Below, piece after piece: positions 7,601 through 17,398 of a stretch of DNA of 64,000 bases. Made by a program: the position numbers and the translations under genes. Numbering within the stretch: the first letter of the stretch is position 1; each line of letters opens with the position of its first letter. This DNA is from Escherichia phage vB_EcoM_Goslar, in the sequence record NC_048170.1, one strand, 5' to 3'. The notes under the pieces were generated by a model. It ran no database searches. It saw only the letters and a program-made list of their open reading frames with translations, and was not told where the DNA came from.

Positions 7601-10600
7601 TTAAATTGTTGGTTTTACATCGCGTAATAGGGCGATATAATAGCCTAATCCTCGGAGGATCTCCCCGCTCCAGAAACCAAAATACATTCCGTCTCTGCCG
7701 AGATTAGCGCTATCTGGTGCAGGACTCCATCCACCATTCATTACGTCATCAACGGTGTAGCGGTTGATGTAGTTTTCAACGATTTCGTTATAAGCATTAA
7801 CCGCAACAGAATAGCCTTTATCGTTGGGATGTCCGTACAACATTGCTAACGACGCACCCGCCAACCATAATCCTGCCATATGACCAGTAAAGTCGTTCGG
7901 GATAAAAGCAGGAGGTTTATCCATCGGAAAATCCGTAGGTGATTGATAAGCGTTTTCCTGTTGATACGTAAACAAGAAATCAATCCAATGACTGATGTAA
8001 GTGGTTAACTTCTCAGGGACAGCCAAACCACGATCGAGCAGTCCAGCATAAAGCCTCACCGCTGAAAAGAAAGCCCTCGGCTGATAACCAGACCATGCTG
8101 TCTGATCGCCGAAATGGTACATCGTAAAATCATTAACTTTTGATCCGCTTGGCGCATCCCAACGATCCCACACGTACGCACTTGCCCCTGGCCCTAAAAC
8201 CCCGAATTTCTGATAATACCACTGCTGTGAGTCATACCAGAAATTCACAACATTCTGAATCATGAGGTCACGTCGTTCAGCCGATACGTCCATATCCAGG
8301 AAGACCCATGGATGCTGGTAGCCGGGATAAGGCTGACCGCGCCAACTGTCGAACGTCGGTGCGTTAGGGATATAGTTGTTAGAGAACGGAATAATACCCG
8401 GAGTATAAGGCAATGGATCCAGACGTTGGTTGACAATCGTACAATCGCCAACACGCAATGTGCCCTCTGCCTCAAAGATTGCTTTTAACGTAAACAGCAT
8501 GGTATATCCGTCATCCGTGGTGTAAGTTGACGGTGGATTGTTGATGGCGTAAAGCTTAAATACCCCTTCAGCGATATCGCTGCCATCAGGCAAGAACAGA
8601 ATTTCAGTTGAACCGTCGCCCCACACAGGTGCGGAAGGTTTAGGGTCAGTATCAGCATGGCCAGGTTGATACCCTGAGAGCCTCCATCCGTTCGCCGAAA
8701 GCGTCAATGTATTTCTTGCTGTGGTGGCCGGTAGCATATACCACCATCGCCAACCATTTGCATCTTCTACACGAACGTTGTAGTCAATCGACGCGAAATA
8801 ACTGACCTGTCTTACGATCTGTTTTGCGGTTGGATTGAATTCAAATTGCCCGCCTGCCGCAGTAAGCTGCGCTTTTAAGAACAACCCATCCCAGGAATCT
8901 TCCGCTGCTTCGCTGAATTCTGTTGTGATTGCGACATCGTCTTTCCAGCCGACTTTATCAGCCGATATCAACACAGAACCTGTAACAGCATCACCGGTTG
9001 GCGTTGAAACTTCATCAACCGCATCAGCAGGAATCAACGAGCCTATTTTGAAATCCCATCCTTTCGGTTCAGCGCTGGAAGGTAATACCAGCTTGTACGT
9101 TTTGGCTTTCGCTTCGGTTTTGTCCAAAGAAAGCGAAAGTGAAATCTCAACCGGAATTGCAATACCTGCCGTATCCTTACCTCCGCAGGTTACACGAAGA
9201 ATTGAATCACGATTGACGCGGAACGGAATGGCCTGCTGTTCAAGATAAATTTGTGCTGAAGATGCTTGAATCACGATCCAGCCATCGGCATCACGTGTGA
9301 TTGTGAACGGTGCTTTCGATGGATAGGTATACGTGTAAGCGATACCATCGGTGTCGTAACGATCGGTTCCTTTTACCTGACGGAAGAACTTATCGTTGGC
9401 GTCGATACGGGTATATTCTTCAATCGTAAACAAAGATGCCTTGTACGCTTTCTGATAACGCTCCTGCTGCGTTAAACGGTATAAGGTGTAGGCTGCTTCA
9501 CAAAACCACTGTTCAGCGTCTGACGCGTTTCCCATGTAGTCTCTGGTGACCGGCACCTGGATCGGTCGGTTATGCTGACACTCGTTCGTTTTGATGAGGT
9601 ATCCGCCATATTCGACAGGAACGCGGGGTGCCCACGCAACCAAATAAGAACCGCTGACGGATTTATCTTTGAGTACGATGGTACCTACCTCATCGTCAGT
9701 ACACGCTTCAAGATCGTCCCCGTCAGCACTTACGTAACGTTTTGTGCGTAACGCAACTTTCTCGATAGGGAACACCGTACCCTTTGTATCCCAGTCAATC
9801 GTCCCATCATCATTGGTTTTGAACACATCGGCGTTCAAATTCTGCCAGCCGAGTTTACCCTCATAGACCTGAACAACAAGATCCATGTATTCCCCGAACG
9901 TTGGTGCCCCATGTGTTATTTTCCCGATACCGTTGGTGAATGTAACCGCTGTGTCATGGAAACCCCCGTGTGTTGGGTAATCGTCTTTTGCAAGAGGATA
10001 ATGAGCCAACACCGGTTGCTTACCATTAACGATCCAGTTAGCGATCCAGCGTGTCGGTGTATCCGGTGGTTCAAGGCCTGCGTAGAACGCTTTTATATAC
10101 GCATCGAACGATGACTCTGCTAATGCGAGATAATGCGCTTTAAGCTTGGTATCATCCGTTGTATGACTGAATATACCCGCACCCAGAATTAACAACGACT
10201 GTCCTTCTGTTGTTGCGTCACCATCCGGTTGTGCTTCTTGTCGTGTTGCTGCAATGAAATGGCGGTTGTTTACCATCACCCCGCTTTCATTTAACACGTA
10301 ATGATCGGTTTCTGGATCGGTAAACGTTCCTGTGTTTCGGGTTAAGAATCTTGCATGACCATAACCAACGAAATTAACCGGCGACGCTGTAATCATCCAT
10401 TTACCGATAAGTTGAGCAACATCATTATAACGCTCGGATGCGGTGATTTGTTTCACGTACCAGTCTTTATGGTTAAATGTCCAAAGCAGGAAGTAATAAG
10501 TTGTATCGATTTCCATCACCGGGAACGTTGGTGTTAACGGCTCCAATGTTAAGTAGTTGCTCCAGTCAATCTGTCCGCCAACAACCGATGGGGTAATCTC

Positions 10601-11197
10601 TAATAACTGACACCATTCATAACGGTCCGGTACACTACTGGACGTTGTTGGTAAAGGTAACTTGTATACACCAGTACGATTCAGATTGAGTGCTTTTCTA
10701 GCCGATCCTAAATCAACATAAATGCTCGATGATACGCTTGCACTATATGCCCCCAAAGCACCTAGCGTTGACCGATACATTGAGATGAACAACGTATCTT
10801 TCCAGTAAGGGTTATCCTTGGTTGGTTCTAAAGCGATTTGTGCGGAGATGCTGTTCCATGTCCCTAACTGGTATGTTGCATTTAAAGATTCTTCCGTGAA
10901 ATAACTTTCTGCAATTGCCAGATGGAACCGCTCGTTCAATAATGCGAGTGCGGCGCGTCCTGAGATATCTTCATTACCCGTTTCCTTCTTCATGATTGCG
11001 CCGAATGGAAACAGTGTCGCGAATGACCGTTTTGGTTTATTAACCGTAACCGTCCCCGTGTAGTTTCCAACACCGTCAAGTTTTTGACTATCGCCAACAG
11101 CAGTGACTGCGATACCATCAACCGGGATATCTGTTTTGTTTAGTGTATTGAGTTGGTCAACCAGATCCTGCTTATCGTCAGGTAAGAATGTCGCCAT
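7601..11197 (-). CDS. large structural protein (1198 aa), putative tail fiber / baseplate component
   Basis: Long uninterrupted minus-strand ORF in tail module; product assigned by context only. Confidence 0.5.
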   Translation of the reverse strand: MATFLPDDKQDLVDQLNTLNKTDIPVDGIAVTAVGDSQKLDGVGNYTGTVTVNKPKRSFATLFPFGAIMKKETGNEDISGRAALALLNERFHLAIAESYFTEESLNATYQLGTWNSISAQIALEPTKDNPYWKDTLFISMYRSTLGALGAYSASVSSSIYVDLGSARKALNLNRTGVYKLPLPTTSSSVPDRYEWCQLLEITPSVVGGQIDWSNYLTLEPLTPTFPVMEIDTTYYFLLWTFNHKDWYVKQITASERYNDVAQLIGKWMITASPVNFVGYGHARFLTRNTGTFTDPETDHYVLNESGVMVNNRHFIAATRQEAQPDGDATTEGQSLLILGAGIFSHTTDDTKLKAHYLALAESSFDAYIKAFYAGLEPPDTPTRWIANWIVNGKQPVLAHYPLAKDDYPTHGGFHDTAVTFTNGIGKITHGAPTFGEYMDLVVQVYEGKLGWQNLNADVFKTNDDGTIDWDTKGTVFPIEKVALRTKRYVSADGDDLEACTDDEVGTIVLKDKSVSGSYLVAWAPRVPVEYGGYLIKTNECQHNRPIQVPVTRDYMGNASDAEQWFCEAAYTLYRLTQQERYQKAYKASLFTIEEYTRIDANDKFFRQVKGTDRYDTDGIAYTYTYPSKAPFTITRDADGWIVIQASSAQIYLEQQAIPFRVNRDSILRVTCGGKDTAGIAIPVEISLSLSLDKTEAKAKTYKLVLPSSAEPKGWDFKIGSLIPADAVDEVSTPTGDAVTGSVLISADKVGWKDDVAITTEFSEAAEDSWDGLFLKAQLTAAGGQFEFNPTAKQIVRQVSYFASIDYNVRVEDANGWRWWYMLPATTARNTLTLSANGWRLSGYQPGHADTDPKPSAPVWGDGSTEILFLPDGSDIAEGVFKLYAINNPPSTYTTDDGYTMLFTLKAIFEAEGTLRVGDCTIVNQRLDPLPYTPGIIPFSNNYIPNAPTFDSWRGQPYPGYQHPWVFLDMDVSAERRDLMIQNVVNFWYDSQQWYYQKFGVLGPGASAYVWDRWDAPSGSKVNDFTMYHFGDQTAWSGYQPRAFFSAVRLYAGLLDRGLAVPEKLTTYISHWIDFLFTYQQENAYQSPTDFPMDKPPAFIPNDFTGHMAGLWLAGASLAMLYGHPNDKGYSVAVNAYNEIVENYINRYTVDDVMNGGWSPAPDSANLGRDGMYFGFWSGEILRGLGYYIALLRDVKPTI

Positions 11198-11210
11198 TAT
11201 TTACTCCACC

Positions 11211-12041
11211 TTAATCGTAACTAAAATAAAGTTTGCTGCTGACGCCGCTATCGGAACGAGGTTTTAATACCAGAACAGAGCTTCCGAACGACGGAAGTAT
11301 TGGAACATCTAAATCGTTCGCATCGGCAACTTTTCCATTATAAACGACATTGGCTGTTGTGATGAGTTCCCAAGCTAAGGTATAACTCATTGAAATCAGC
11401 GACGAGGCTAAACGGAATGCGTTGTATCCTTCTGGAGTATCTCCAACCGACATCGAACGTATCGCATCTTGCGGCGGTAAATTTAGCTTGATGCCGTAGG
11501 TGCTGAATGTGTGGAAATCCCCTTGTTTACTATCTTCTGGATAATACGAGGTTAGCGGTTCTCGCACCGTAATCAGTTCGCTAATATCGGTACTTACATC
11601 TTTTCGTGCGAGGAATTGAAACGTACCGTGCCATGATGCCGACGCGTCAGAACGAACGGGAACAGATATGGTTTTCTCGCCGCTTTCAAATTTAACCTGT
11701 GACGCTAACGCTGAAGAATCAAAGATCGTTAAATCGATCTTCAACCCATACTTCTTAAACAGCTGCGTTAAGCAGTCTGCTATCGTCGTCTTATCAGCAA
11801 CGACAATAAAAGGTTGGTGTTTGATAAAGAGCTTATTAATGTCTCGACGTTGAAGATAAACCTGTACGGGGTCTTCGACGTAGTAAACCGATTGTGGTGC
11901 AGGGGCTATAGAAAGGCGTAACCGACCCGATGCACCATACCAGGCTGGCGTTAACGTAATGTCTGACAGGGACAACGGATGCTGGAGATAGGCGTTTATT
12001 TTAGATAACACTTCCTCCTGCCATGATGCTTCAGGATACAT
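11211..12041 (-). CDS. hypothetical protein (276 aa), tail-module associated
   Basis: ORF track; first gene after strong terminator at 12098..12161. Confidence 0.5.
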   Translation of the reverse strand: MYPEASWQEEVLSKINAYLQHPLSLSDITLTPAWYGASGRLRLSIAPAPQSVYYVEDPVQVYLQRRDINKLFIKHQPFIVVADKTTIADCLTQLFKKYGLKIDLTIFDSSALASQVKFESGEKTISVPVRSDASASWHGTFQFLARKDVSTDISELITVREPLTSYYPEDSKQGDFHTFSTYGIKLNLPPQDAIRSMSVGDTPEGYNAFRLASSLISMSYTLAWELITTANVVYNGKVADANDLDVPILPSFGSSVLVLKPRSDSGVSSKLYFSYD

Positions 12042-12097
12042 GCTGACCTCATAGATGATCGTTGATAGGAAAGAAACCTAATTCATACCATGGGAAC

Positions 12098-12161
12098 CTC
12101 AAAAAAAAAAACGAAAAAAAAAATAGGAAAACGGTGTTCATCCCTAAAAAGGATGAACACC
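12098..12161 (-). terminator. rho-independent terminator (11-bp perfect stem GGTGTTCATCC, 7-nt loop, long U-tract on minus strand)
   Basis: ggtgttcatcc-ctaaaaa-ggatgaacacc at 12133..12161, preceded on plus strand by A-runs 12098..12130 (U-runs in minus transcript). Confidence 0.75.
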
Positions 12162-12182
12162 GCGTACCGTTATATCGAACGA

Positions 12183-12761
12183 TTAGTAAGGAATCAGATC
12201 GTTAAGCTTTTCTTCTTCAATGACAAAGAAGTTGTTCTGGTCGTCTAAATCTGTTAACATGACTTGTCCGACAGTAAAGCACGTGCCGCCCTTCTTAGGC
12301 ATCCATACCGGCTCATTCGTTACCTTATCGGGATACCATTTGAAACGATTGGTATCCAAGAAGAACGCTGCTTTGTTCGCTTTATCGGTTGAACGATAGC
12401 TAACCAATGCAGGCCACTCAATCCAGGTATTCGTACACGGTACATGTAAAGGATACCAGGCACGCCAGCGTTTGCCTGGGTTGCTAGGATCAACCCAATA
12501 CTCGGCAGTCAATACAGCATCTTTATAGTGTTTCTGCATTAACATTTCGAGCACAAGCTCATTGCCTTTTGATGCATCTAAAGTCACTTCCGCCATATAA
12601 AGAGATTTAGGTAATCCAGACTGTTTTGCGGCTGGCGTTACAACACCGGTAACCAACGGTCTGCTCGGTTTACGTTTCTGTTCTTTCCGACGGGTGTAAA
12701 AGAATAGTCCGACAGATACGGCAACAAGTATAATAAACAACACTACCTTAATCCAATTCAT
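12183..12761 (-). CDS. membrane-anchored protein (192 aa, N-terminal transmembrane helix)
   Basis: MNWIKVVLFIILVAVSVGLFFYTRRKEQKRK hydrophobic N-terminal segment followed by basic stretch. Confidence 0.5.
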   Translation of the reverse strand: MNWIKVVLFIILVAVSVGLFFYTRRKEQKRKPSRPLVTGVVTPAAKQSGLPKSLYMAEVTLDASKGNELVLEMLMQKHYKDAVLTAEYWVDPSNPGKRWRAWYPLHVPCTNTWIEWPALVSYRSTDKANKAAFFLDTNRFKWYPDKVTNEPVWMPKKGGTCFTVGQVMLTDLDDQNNFFVIEEEKLNDLIPY

Positions 12762-13525
12762 TCGTCAATATCTCCTTCTACAAACAGAGTCAATTTGATT
12801 TCAGGGTCATAGAACATAGTAATCACATCATCCTGCTCTACTGAACGTTGCGCTGTCCATATTAACTGTTCATCCCGAATATCAAATTTATGTCGTTCGT
12901 CACTCACCACAGCTTCCGCATCAACGTAATGGTAAACTTCACCGAGAGGATTCTCAATCCAGCCGCGTACCATCAAACGTTCTTTTTGTTTACGTGTAAA
13001 GAAGCGATAAGGATCTTCGCACGTGCGCCATACATCCCCGTTCTCGTTAACCAGTTCATCATAAACTTTAGAGAGTTCGTCAGGTACCGGAATCAAAATG
13101 TTATCTTGATAGTTCGACCAGAAACGACGTACGTCTTGGATCAACTCATCGTCTGGGAGTTTAGTCGCTATGTTACTATAATCGATTTCAACAGTATCGA
13201 TATCAAGACGGGTAAACGGAAGAGCGTCTAGGTTTCCCACCATGACCTCGATATTATCATGATGAACACGAATCCATCCATCGAACCATCTGTACCCATC
13301 AGCTTGATATAACGTTGTATGATAAGTGACGACATTGATGTCTTCGAACGATTCTAATAAGGCTTTAGCTGCTAAAAGCGGTGAAAAGTTCTTCGATTGT
13401 CCTGGTTTACGTATTTCTTCTTTGATAAACAATTTACCAAGTATCGGGTGTTCGATAACAAAACCACAGGAAAGCATGATGCTTCCTTGATAACGTGCTT
13501 CTTGCATTTTCCATTCCTCAAACAA
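12758..13525 (-). CDS. hypothetical protein (255 aa)
   Basis: ORF track; 4-nt overlap with downstream gene. Confidence 0.5.
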   Translation of the reverse strand: MFEEWKMQEARYQGSIMLSCGFVIEHPILGKLFIKEEIRKPGQSKNFSPLLAAKALLESFEDINVVTYHTTLYQADGYRWFDGWIRVHHDNIEVMVGNLDALPFTRLDIDTVEIDYSNIATKLPDDELIQDVRRFWSNYQDNILIPVPDELSKVYDELVNENGDVWRTCEDPYRFFTRKQKERLMVRGWIENPLGEVYHYVDAEAVVSDERHKFDIRDEQLIWTAQRSVEQDDVITMFYDPEIKLTLFVEGDIDE

Positions 13526-13584
13526 AAGATTGTCTTTTACGCGACATGCTTACAAGTACACAGGTTACTGAATTTCTGTAAAAG

Positions 13585-14115
13585 TTAATTCTTGTTCTTT
13601 ACGATCTCTATCGCTTCCAGAATAGCGGTGTTTAATCGTTGACCACGTTCCTCCATTGTCCCGCCATCGCGATGTCTGAAGTTAACCGAGTGGATATCCC
13701 AAGCCCAATAGAGTGTCTCCGACGTGTCGTCTTCTCTGGTGGGATCGCTCAATCTGTTAACCCCAATTTGCCAAATATAATCAGCGGATTGTCGCTGCAA
13801 GCATTCTCCGATAGCGCTTATATAAGACAACCCTTCGGTCGTCACAGCGACGACAACATGTGGGTGTTTTTTGACTTCTTTGGTTGTTTGTTTGCCGTCC
13901 AATGTCACGCTGATCTTTTGAATTTCGTGCCCTTCACATGACCACATCGGTGCAATACCGGGCGCATCCAACAATGCCTGGCATGCGGGTAAAATTCCAG
14001 GTTCTATGATTTCTTCCTCTATAGCGGCACGCGCACGTGCTTTAAAACGGACTAATTGTTCTTCGGTGACAACAAAAGAAAACATGATTACTCCTTTCTG
14101 GTTCTTCCCCTCCAC
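13585..14115 (-). CDS. hypothetical protein (176 aa)
   Basis: ORF track; co-oriented with neighbours. Confidence 0.45.
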   Translation of the reverse strand: MEGKNQKGVIMFSFVVTEEQLVRFKARARAAIEEEIIEPGILPACQALLDAPGIAPMWSCEGHEIQKISVTLDGKQTTKEVKKHPHVVVAVTTEGLSYISAIGECLQRQSADYIWQIGVNRLSDPTREDDTSETLYWAWDIHSVNFRHRDGGTMEERGQRLNTAILEAIEIVKNKN

Positions 14116-14156
14116 AGCCTCAGGAAGAGAAGAACCGTTTGCTAAGTTGTTATGTA

Positions 14157-14414
14157 TTAAAATGCATTGATTGGACTGTTCAACGCTTTATCACGGATTT
14201 GAATCGCCGCCAGCATTGCTTTCTGGTACGAATCGTAGGCATCGACAGAAACAGTCGTATCAACCAATTCCTTTAATGCGGATTCAGCCGCTTTTACGCG
14301 GACGCGGAACTTGGTGATTGCGTTATCTTTGTTACGATAAACCGTGATGTGGTGCAGCGGTTGAACGTTAGTTTTATTGGTTTTAACAGATTTAGTTGCT
14401 TTGATCGTTTTCAT
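14157..14414 (-). CDS. hypothetical protein (85 aa)
   Basis: ORF track. Confidence 0.4.
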   Translation of the reverse strand: MKTIKATKSVKTNKTNVQPLHHITVYRNKDNAITKFRVRVKAAESALKELVDTTVSVDAYDSYQKAMLAAIQIRDKALNSPINAF

Positions 14415-14454
14415 GATGATTTCCTTCTTTATTAGGATGATTACATTTAGTCAG

Positions 14455-14493
14455 TTTAACAGCATAAACCCTTCCTGCGTAAGGCAGGAAGGG
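14455..14493 (-). terminator. rho-independent terminator-like hairpin (10-bp stem CCCTTCCTGC, loop gtaag, then UUUAUGCUGUU on minus strand)
   Basis: Inverted repeat at 14469..14493, just downstream of 14508..15005. Confidence 0.55.
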
Positions 14494-14507
14494 CGTACGG
14501 ATTTGTT

Positions 14508-15005
14508 TTACGTGTGTCGTCGTTTACCAAAGAAAATGTGGCTATCTACCACGGTGATATTGGTAGCATGTTTTCTGAAATGTTTAGGGCGAAGATGTTT
14601 CGCGTTAAAGAATACGGCTCCTCGTGTTGGGTCGGCTTTATGGTAAGCCGCAATGTCAGTATAACGTAATGTTGCGACCTCTCGTGCTATTGCTCTTGCT
14701 CGCTCAAAAGCAGCACGATCGCGTATGACAATACGCCTTTGTTTTGTCCAGGGGAATTGACCTCTTTGCAGTACGACGTCTTTGACGTTCGTAGGGAATC
14801 GGTAGTCCATAGATCGATTATGTATTAAAAACGCCACGGAGTATTGCCCTTTTACAGATTCGCCTCTGGCTTCCATATACACAGCACATGCGACGATCTC
14901 TTTCCGGCAATCGATTCTAGGTCCTGCGTTCACTGATGCTTGACTGAACGGTGTAATAAGCAACATAACAAGCCCTAAAATCAACGTGTGTAAAATACCT
15001 TGCAT
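14508..15005 (-). CDS. SleB-like cell wall hydrolase with N-terminal signal peptide (candidate endolysin)
   Basis: Signal-like N-terminus MQGILHTLILGLVMLLITPFSQASV; CAVYMEARGES...AFLIHNR...QRGQFPW matches SleB/CwlJ-type hydrolase motifs as recalled. Confidence 0.6.
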   Translation of the reverse strand: MQGILHTLILGLVMLLITPFSQASVNAGPRIDCRKEIVACAVYMEARGESVKGQYSVAFLIHNRSMDYRFPTNVKDVVLQRGQFPWTKQRRIVIRDRAAFERARAIAREVATLRYTDIAAYHKADPTRGAVFFNAKHLRPKHFRKHATNITVVDSHIFFGKRRHT

Positions 15006-15257
15006 CTTAATAACCTCACGATAAGGTGCTGTCCACTGGCGTCTTGATAACGCATCCCGTCATCGGGTTGTTCTATTCAGCGGGCAGCAGGTTAGCGTCA
15101 GATGTTTGCCCGACATCCACGACAGAAATAAACGGTACTGAAAATACGGTCTCCTCTGGTTTGGCAATAAACATAACGTTGGATAACAGAACCCATTTCC
15201 CGCATCCAACGCGGTAAAGGTGTACATCGTTTGAAGTCATATAGTTTCTCAAAGATG

Positions 15258-15578
15258 TTAACCTCTACCGTCGAGCCATAGGTTGTATTTATCCCGAAGG
15301 TATGGCTCACGATAAATACGTCGATAGACTTGATGCGGTATAAACTTACAATTTACGAGTTCGTCGCTTAATTTATGCCGTCGCTCCATACCGTTGTGAA
15401 TACGACGTATCTCCCGGATATTAAAGGTTGTTTTATTCAAGAGAATAGACATAATGGCGGATCGATGATCCAGATTAAAGATCGCCATCACGCTTCGTAT
15501 CTCGCGTAAAACAACTTCTCTATCGACAAGGATGCGACTGTTGAGCTTAAGATTCTCCGTGATACCCATAACCTTCAT
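15258..15578 (-). CDS. hypothetical protein (start uncertain)
   Basis: ORF track 15258..15662 overlaps upstream gene by 116 nt; internal ATG at 15578 reduces overlap. Confidence 0.3.
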   Translation of the reverse strand: MKVMGITENLKLNSRILVDREVVLREIRSVMAIFNLDHRSAIMSILLNKTTFNIREIRRIHNGMERRHKLSDELVNCKFIPHQVYRRIYREPYLRDKYNLWLDGRG

Positions 15579-15918
15579 CCTCGACACGACGACACATCGG
15601 TAAAAATAAACACCAGCTTGTTGCACTGAGGATCGCCGTTGCGATGATATTTGCGATATCACTCAGTCGAGCATCGACCTGCCACATAACAAGCATAAAA
15701 AGAACGTACGCGAACCCATACACGACAAACCGTTTTATGTTACGTGTCGACCATGTACAAATATACAAAAGGGGAAGCTGCCCTACAACACAAACGATGG
15801 TTCGGATAACGTAATAAACGCGTTCCGTCGATGTTTCAAAATCGATACCCACAGCAAAAATCCCAATCAGTATAAAAGTGATAAAGCAATAGATTTTTGC
15901 GTATTCTTTTAAACTCAT
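15547..15918 (-). CDS. small membrane protein (123 aa, multiple hydrophobic segments); holin candidate
   Basis: Hydrophobic runs FITFILIGIFAVGI and FAYVLFMLVMW; near SleB-like hydrolase. Confidence 0.5.
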   Translation of the reverse strand: MSLKEYAKIYCFITFILIGIFAVGIDFETSTERVYYVIRTIVCVVGQLPLLYICTWSTRNIKRFVVYGFAYVLFMLVMWQVDARLSDIANIIATAILSATSWCLFLPMCRRVEDEGYGYHGES

Positions 15919-15934
15919 AACTTTTCCTGTTCGT

Positions 15935-16168
15935 TTATTTGCGTTTTCCTACATTCCTCAACAAGGAAACGATAACGAATACCGCTATCATCAAAAAGAC
16001 GAACCATAACCCTACGTTAATTCGGGCAGCCGGTTCATCTACCATGAAGAACATCATTCCACAAAACCCAATCGCCATCCATGCTAAGACCATTCCTGTT
16101 AATCCCCGTAGTAGCATATGTCCCATCATGAACTCCTTCTTACTTTTTCTGATAAAGCGACGATTCAA
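15935..16168 (-). CDS. small membrane protein (77 aa, two hydrophobic segments)
   Basis: LTGMVLAWMAIGFCGMMFFMV and LWFVFLMIAVFVIVSLL. Confidence 0.45.
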   Translation of the reverse strand: MNRRFIRKSKKEFMMGHMLLRGLTGMVLAWMAIGFCGMMFFMVDEPAARINVGLWFVFLMIAVFVIVSLLRNVGKRK

Positions 16169-16310
16169 ATTTTAGAAACACCGCTAACGCGAGTGCGATT
16201 AATAACGCACGTACCCACATACCTCCTTGACAACTGTTATACAACATAAAGACCAGAGCGATGCCGCCCATATGCAGGCGGCACTTATCGAACAGTGTTG
16301 GTTTATACAT
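16140..16310 (-). CDS. small membrane protein (56 aa), below ORF-track length cutoff
   Basis: Hand translation from ATG 16310: MYKPTLFDKCRLHMGGIALVFMLYNSCQGGMWVRALLIALALAVFLKFESSLYQKK, stop TAA at 16142..16140. Confidence 0.35.
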   Translation of the reverse strand: MYKPTLFDKCRLHMGGIALVFMLYNSCQGGMWVRALLIALALAVFLKFESSLYQKK

Positions 16311-16530
16311 AAGAGATTAAACGTTGAATGATTTTTACTTTACCTTTACCTGGGCCTTTCTTGCAGCGATTCAACAGACGGATACGGGTTCGAGTTACCA
16401 CGTCGCCATCATAATCAGCCTGGAACTGTGATAAAAAAGCAGGCTGTATCGGATCGACACCAGGATTGCTATAGAAAGGATTGAGACTTAAAAGAGAGTT
16501 AGCTGGAATCATCGTATTGTCCTTACTCAA
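16303..16530 (-). CDS. small basic protein with K-K-G-P-G-K-G-K motif (family member 1)
   Basis: ...RLLNRCKKGPGKGKVKI; motif shared with 34696..34893, 34920..35126, 35116..35262. Confidence 0.45.
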   Translation of the reverse strand: MSKDNTMIPANSLLSLNPFYSNPGVDPIQPAFLSQFQADYDGDVVTRTRIRLLNRCKKGPGKGKVKIIQRLISYV

Positions 16531-16881
16531 TTATTTACCCAGATAGAGGTATTCACCACCCTGAACAACACCGGTTGCCGGATCGACAAGTATACGAACC
16601 CGTGCGTAGGTCTTGAAAGAGGGGTTGAAAACTTCGAAGTCTGCCACTTTCAATTTCACGCTGGGGTTGGTCGGGTTCTTAACTCCAGGGAGTTCTTTCG
16701 GGGTACCGAAATCAACACCGCATTCTTCAAGGTCTGCTGGTGTCATGCTCTCCATGGCCATGTAGATTGCTTTTGCTTTATCGTAAACTTCTGGGCTATC
16801 CAGCAATCCAGCCTGCGCTGAACCGACAACACTACCGAACAGAATAGCAACAGCAACAAACAATTTAGTTAACGTTTTCAT
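16531..16881 (-). CDS. secreted protein (116 aa, signal peptide)
   Basis: MKTLTKLFVAVAILFGSVVGSAQA-GLLD signal-like N-terminus. Confidence 0.55.
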   Translation of the reverse strand: MKTLTKLFVAVAILFGSVVGSAQAGLLDSPEVYDKAKAIYMAMESMTPADLEECGVDFGTPKELPGVKNPTNPSVKLKVADFEVFNPSFKTYARVRILVDPATGVVQGGEYLYLGK

Positions 16882-16917
16882 GATATTTTCCTCGAAAGTA
16901 AAATGTTACAATACCTA

Positions 16918-17340
16918 TTAACGTACGGCCACTACACTGTTAGCGCATGCCTGAATATCATCGGTATTTACGATGATGGTTTCGTTAAACGCACGAATAC
17001 GCGCACGACGTGCTTCTTTAAGGCTGGCGATTGCATTAGCAGCTTGATCTGTATTCGCAAGGCTAATAACCGGGATCAAACGCATGTCAGGACTACAGAT
17101 ATTCAATGCTTGGTATACACGTCCATTGATTCCTACGGTATCAGACATCGGATAGTGCGCACGGCATTGAAATTGACCCATGACAACAAGCGAACGATCG
17201 GAGATACCAATCTGATAACGACCGTCTTCGCTGTAGGCGTAGCAGTTATTCCCACGAGCCATCCAGTTAGCCTGTGCTTGCGTGCTAACAAAAGCCAGGG
17301 TGGTGACGATAGCGAATACGATATTTTTGAACAGTTTCAT
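16918..17340 (-). CDS. secreted protein (signal peptide)
   Basis: Start placed at ATG 17340 (MKLFKNIVFAIVTTLAFVSTQAQA-NW); ORF track gives longer 16918..17409. Confidence 0.55.
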   Translation of the reverse strand: MKLFKNIVFAIVTTLAFVSTQAQANWMARGNNCYAYSEDGRYQIGISDRSLVVMGQFQCRAHYPMSDTVGINGRVYQALNICSPDMRLIPVISLANTDQAANAIASLKEARRARIRAFNETIIVNTDDIQACANSVVAVR

Positions 17341-17398
17341 GATAAAGATCCTTATTGAAATAAAATCGGTATAAAGGCCCCCATTTAGGGGGACCTGA

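Noticed and set aside
8835-10537. Plus-strand ORFs 8835..9248, 9266..9475, 9911..10114, 10355..10537
   Set aside because: All are embedded antisense in the 1198-aa minus-strand gene; no independent support
12098-12130. Long A-runs at 12098..12130 and 50585..50597 as possible programmed frameshift slippery sites
   Set aside because: Both are intergenic and adjacent to hairpins, so they are better explained as terminator U-tracts or 3' UTR sequence
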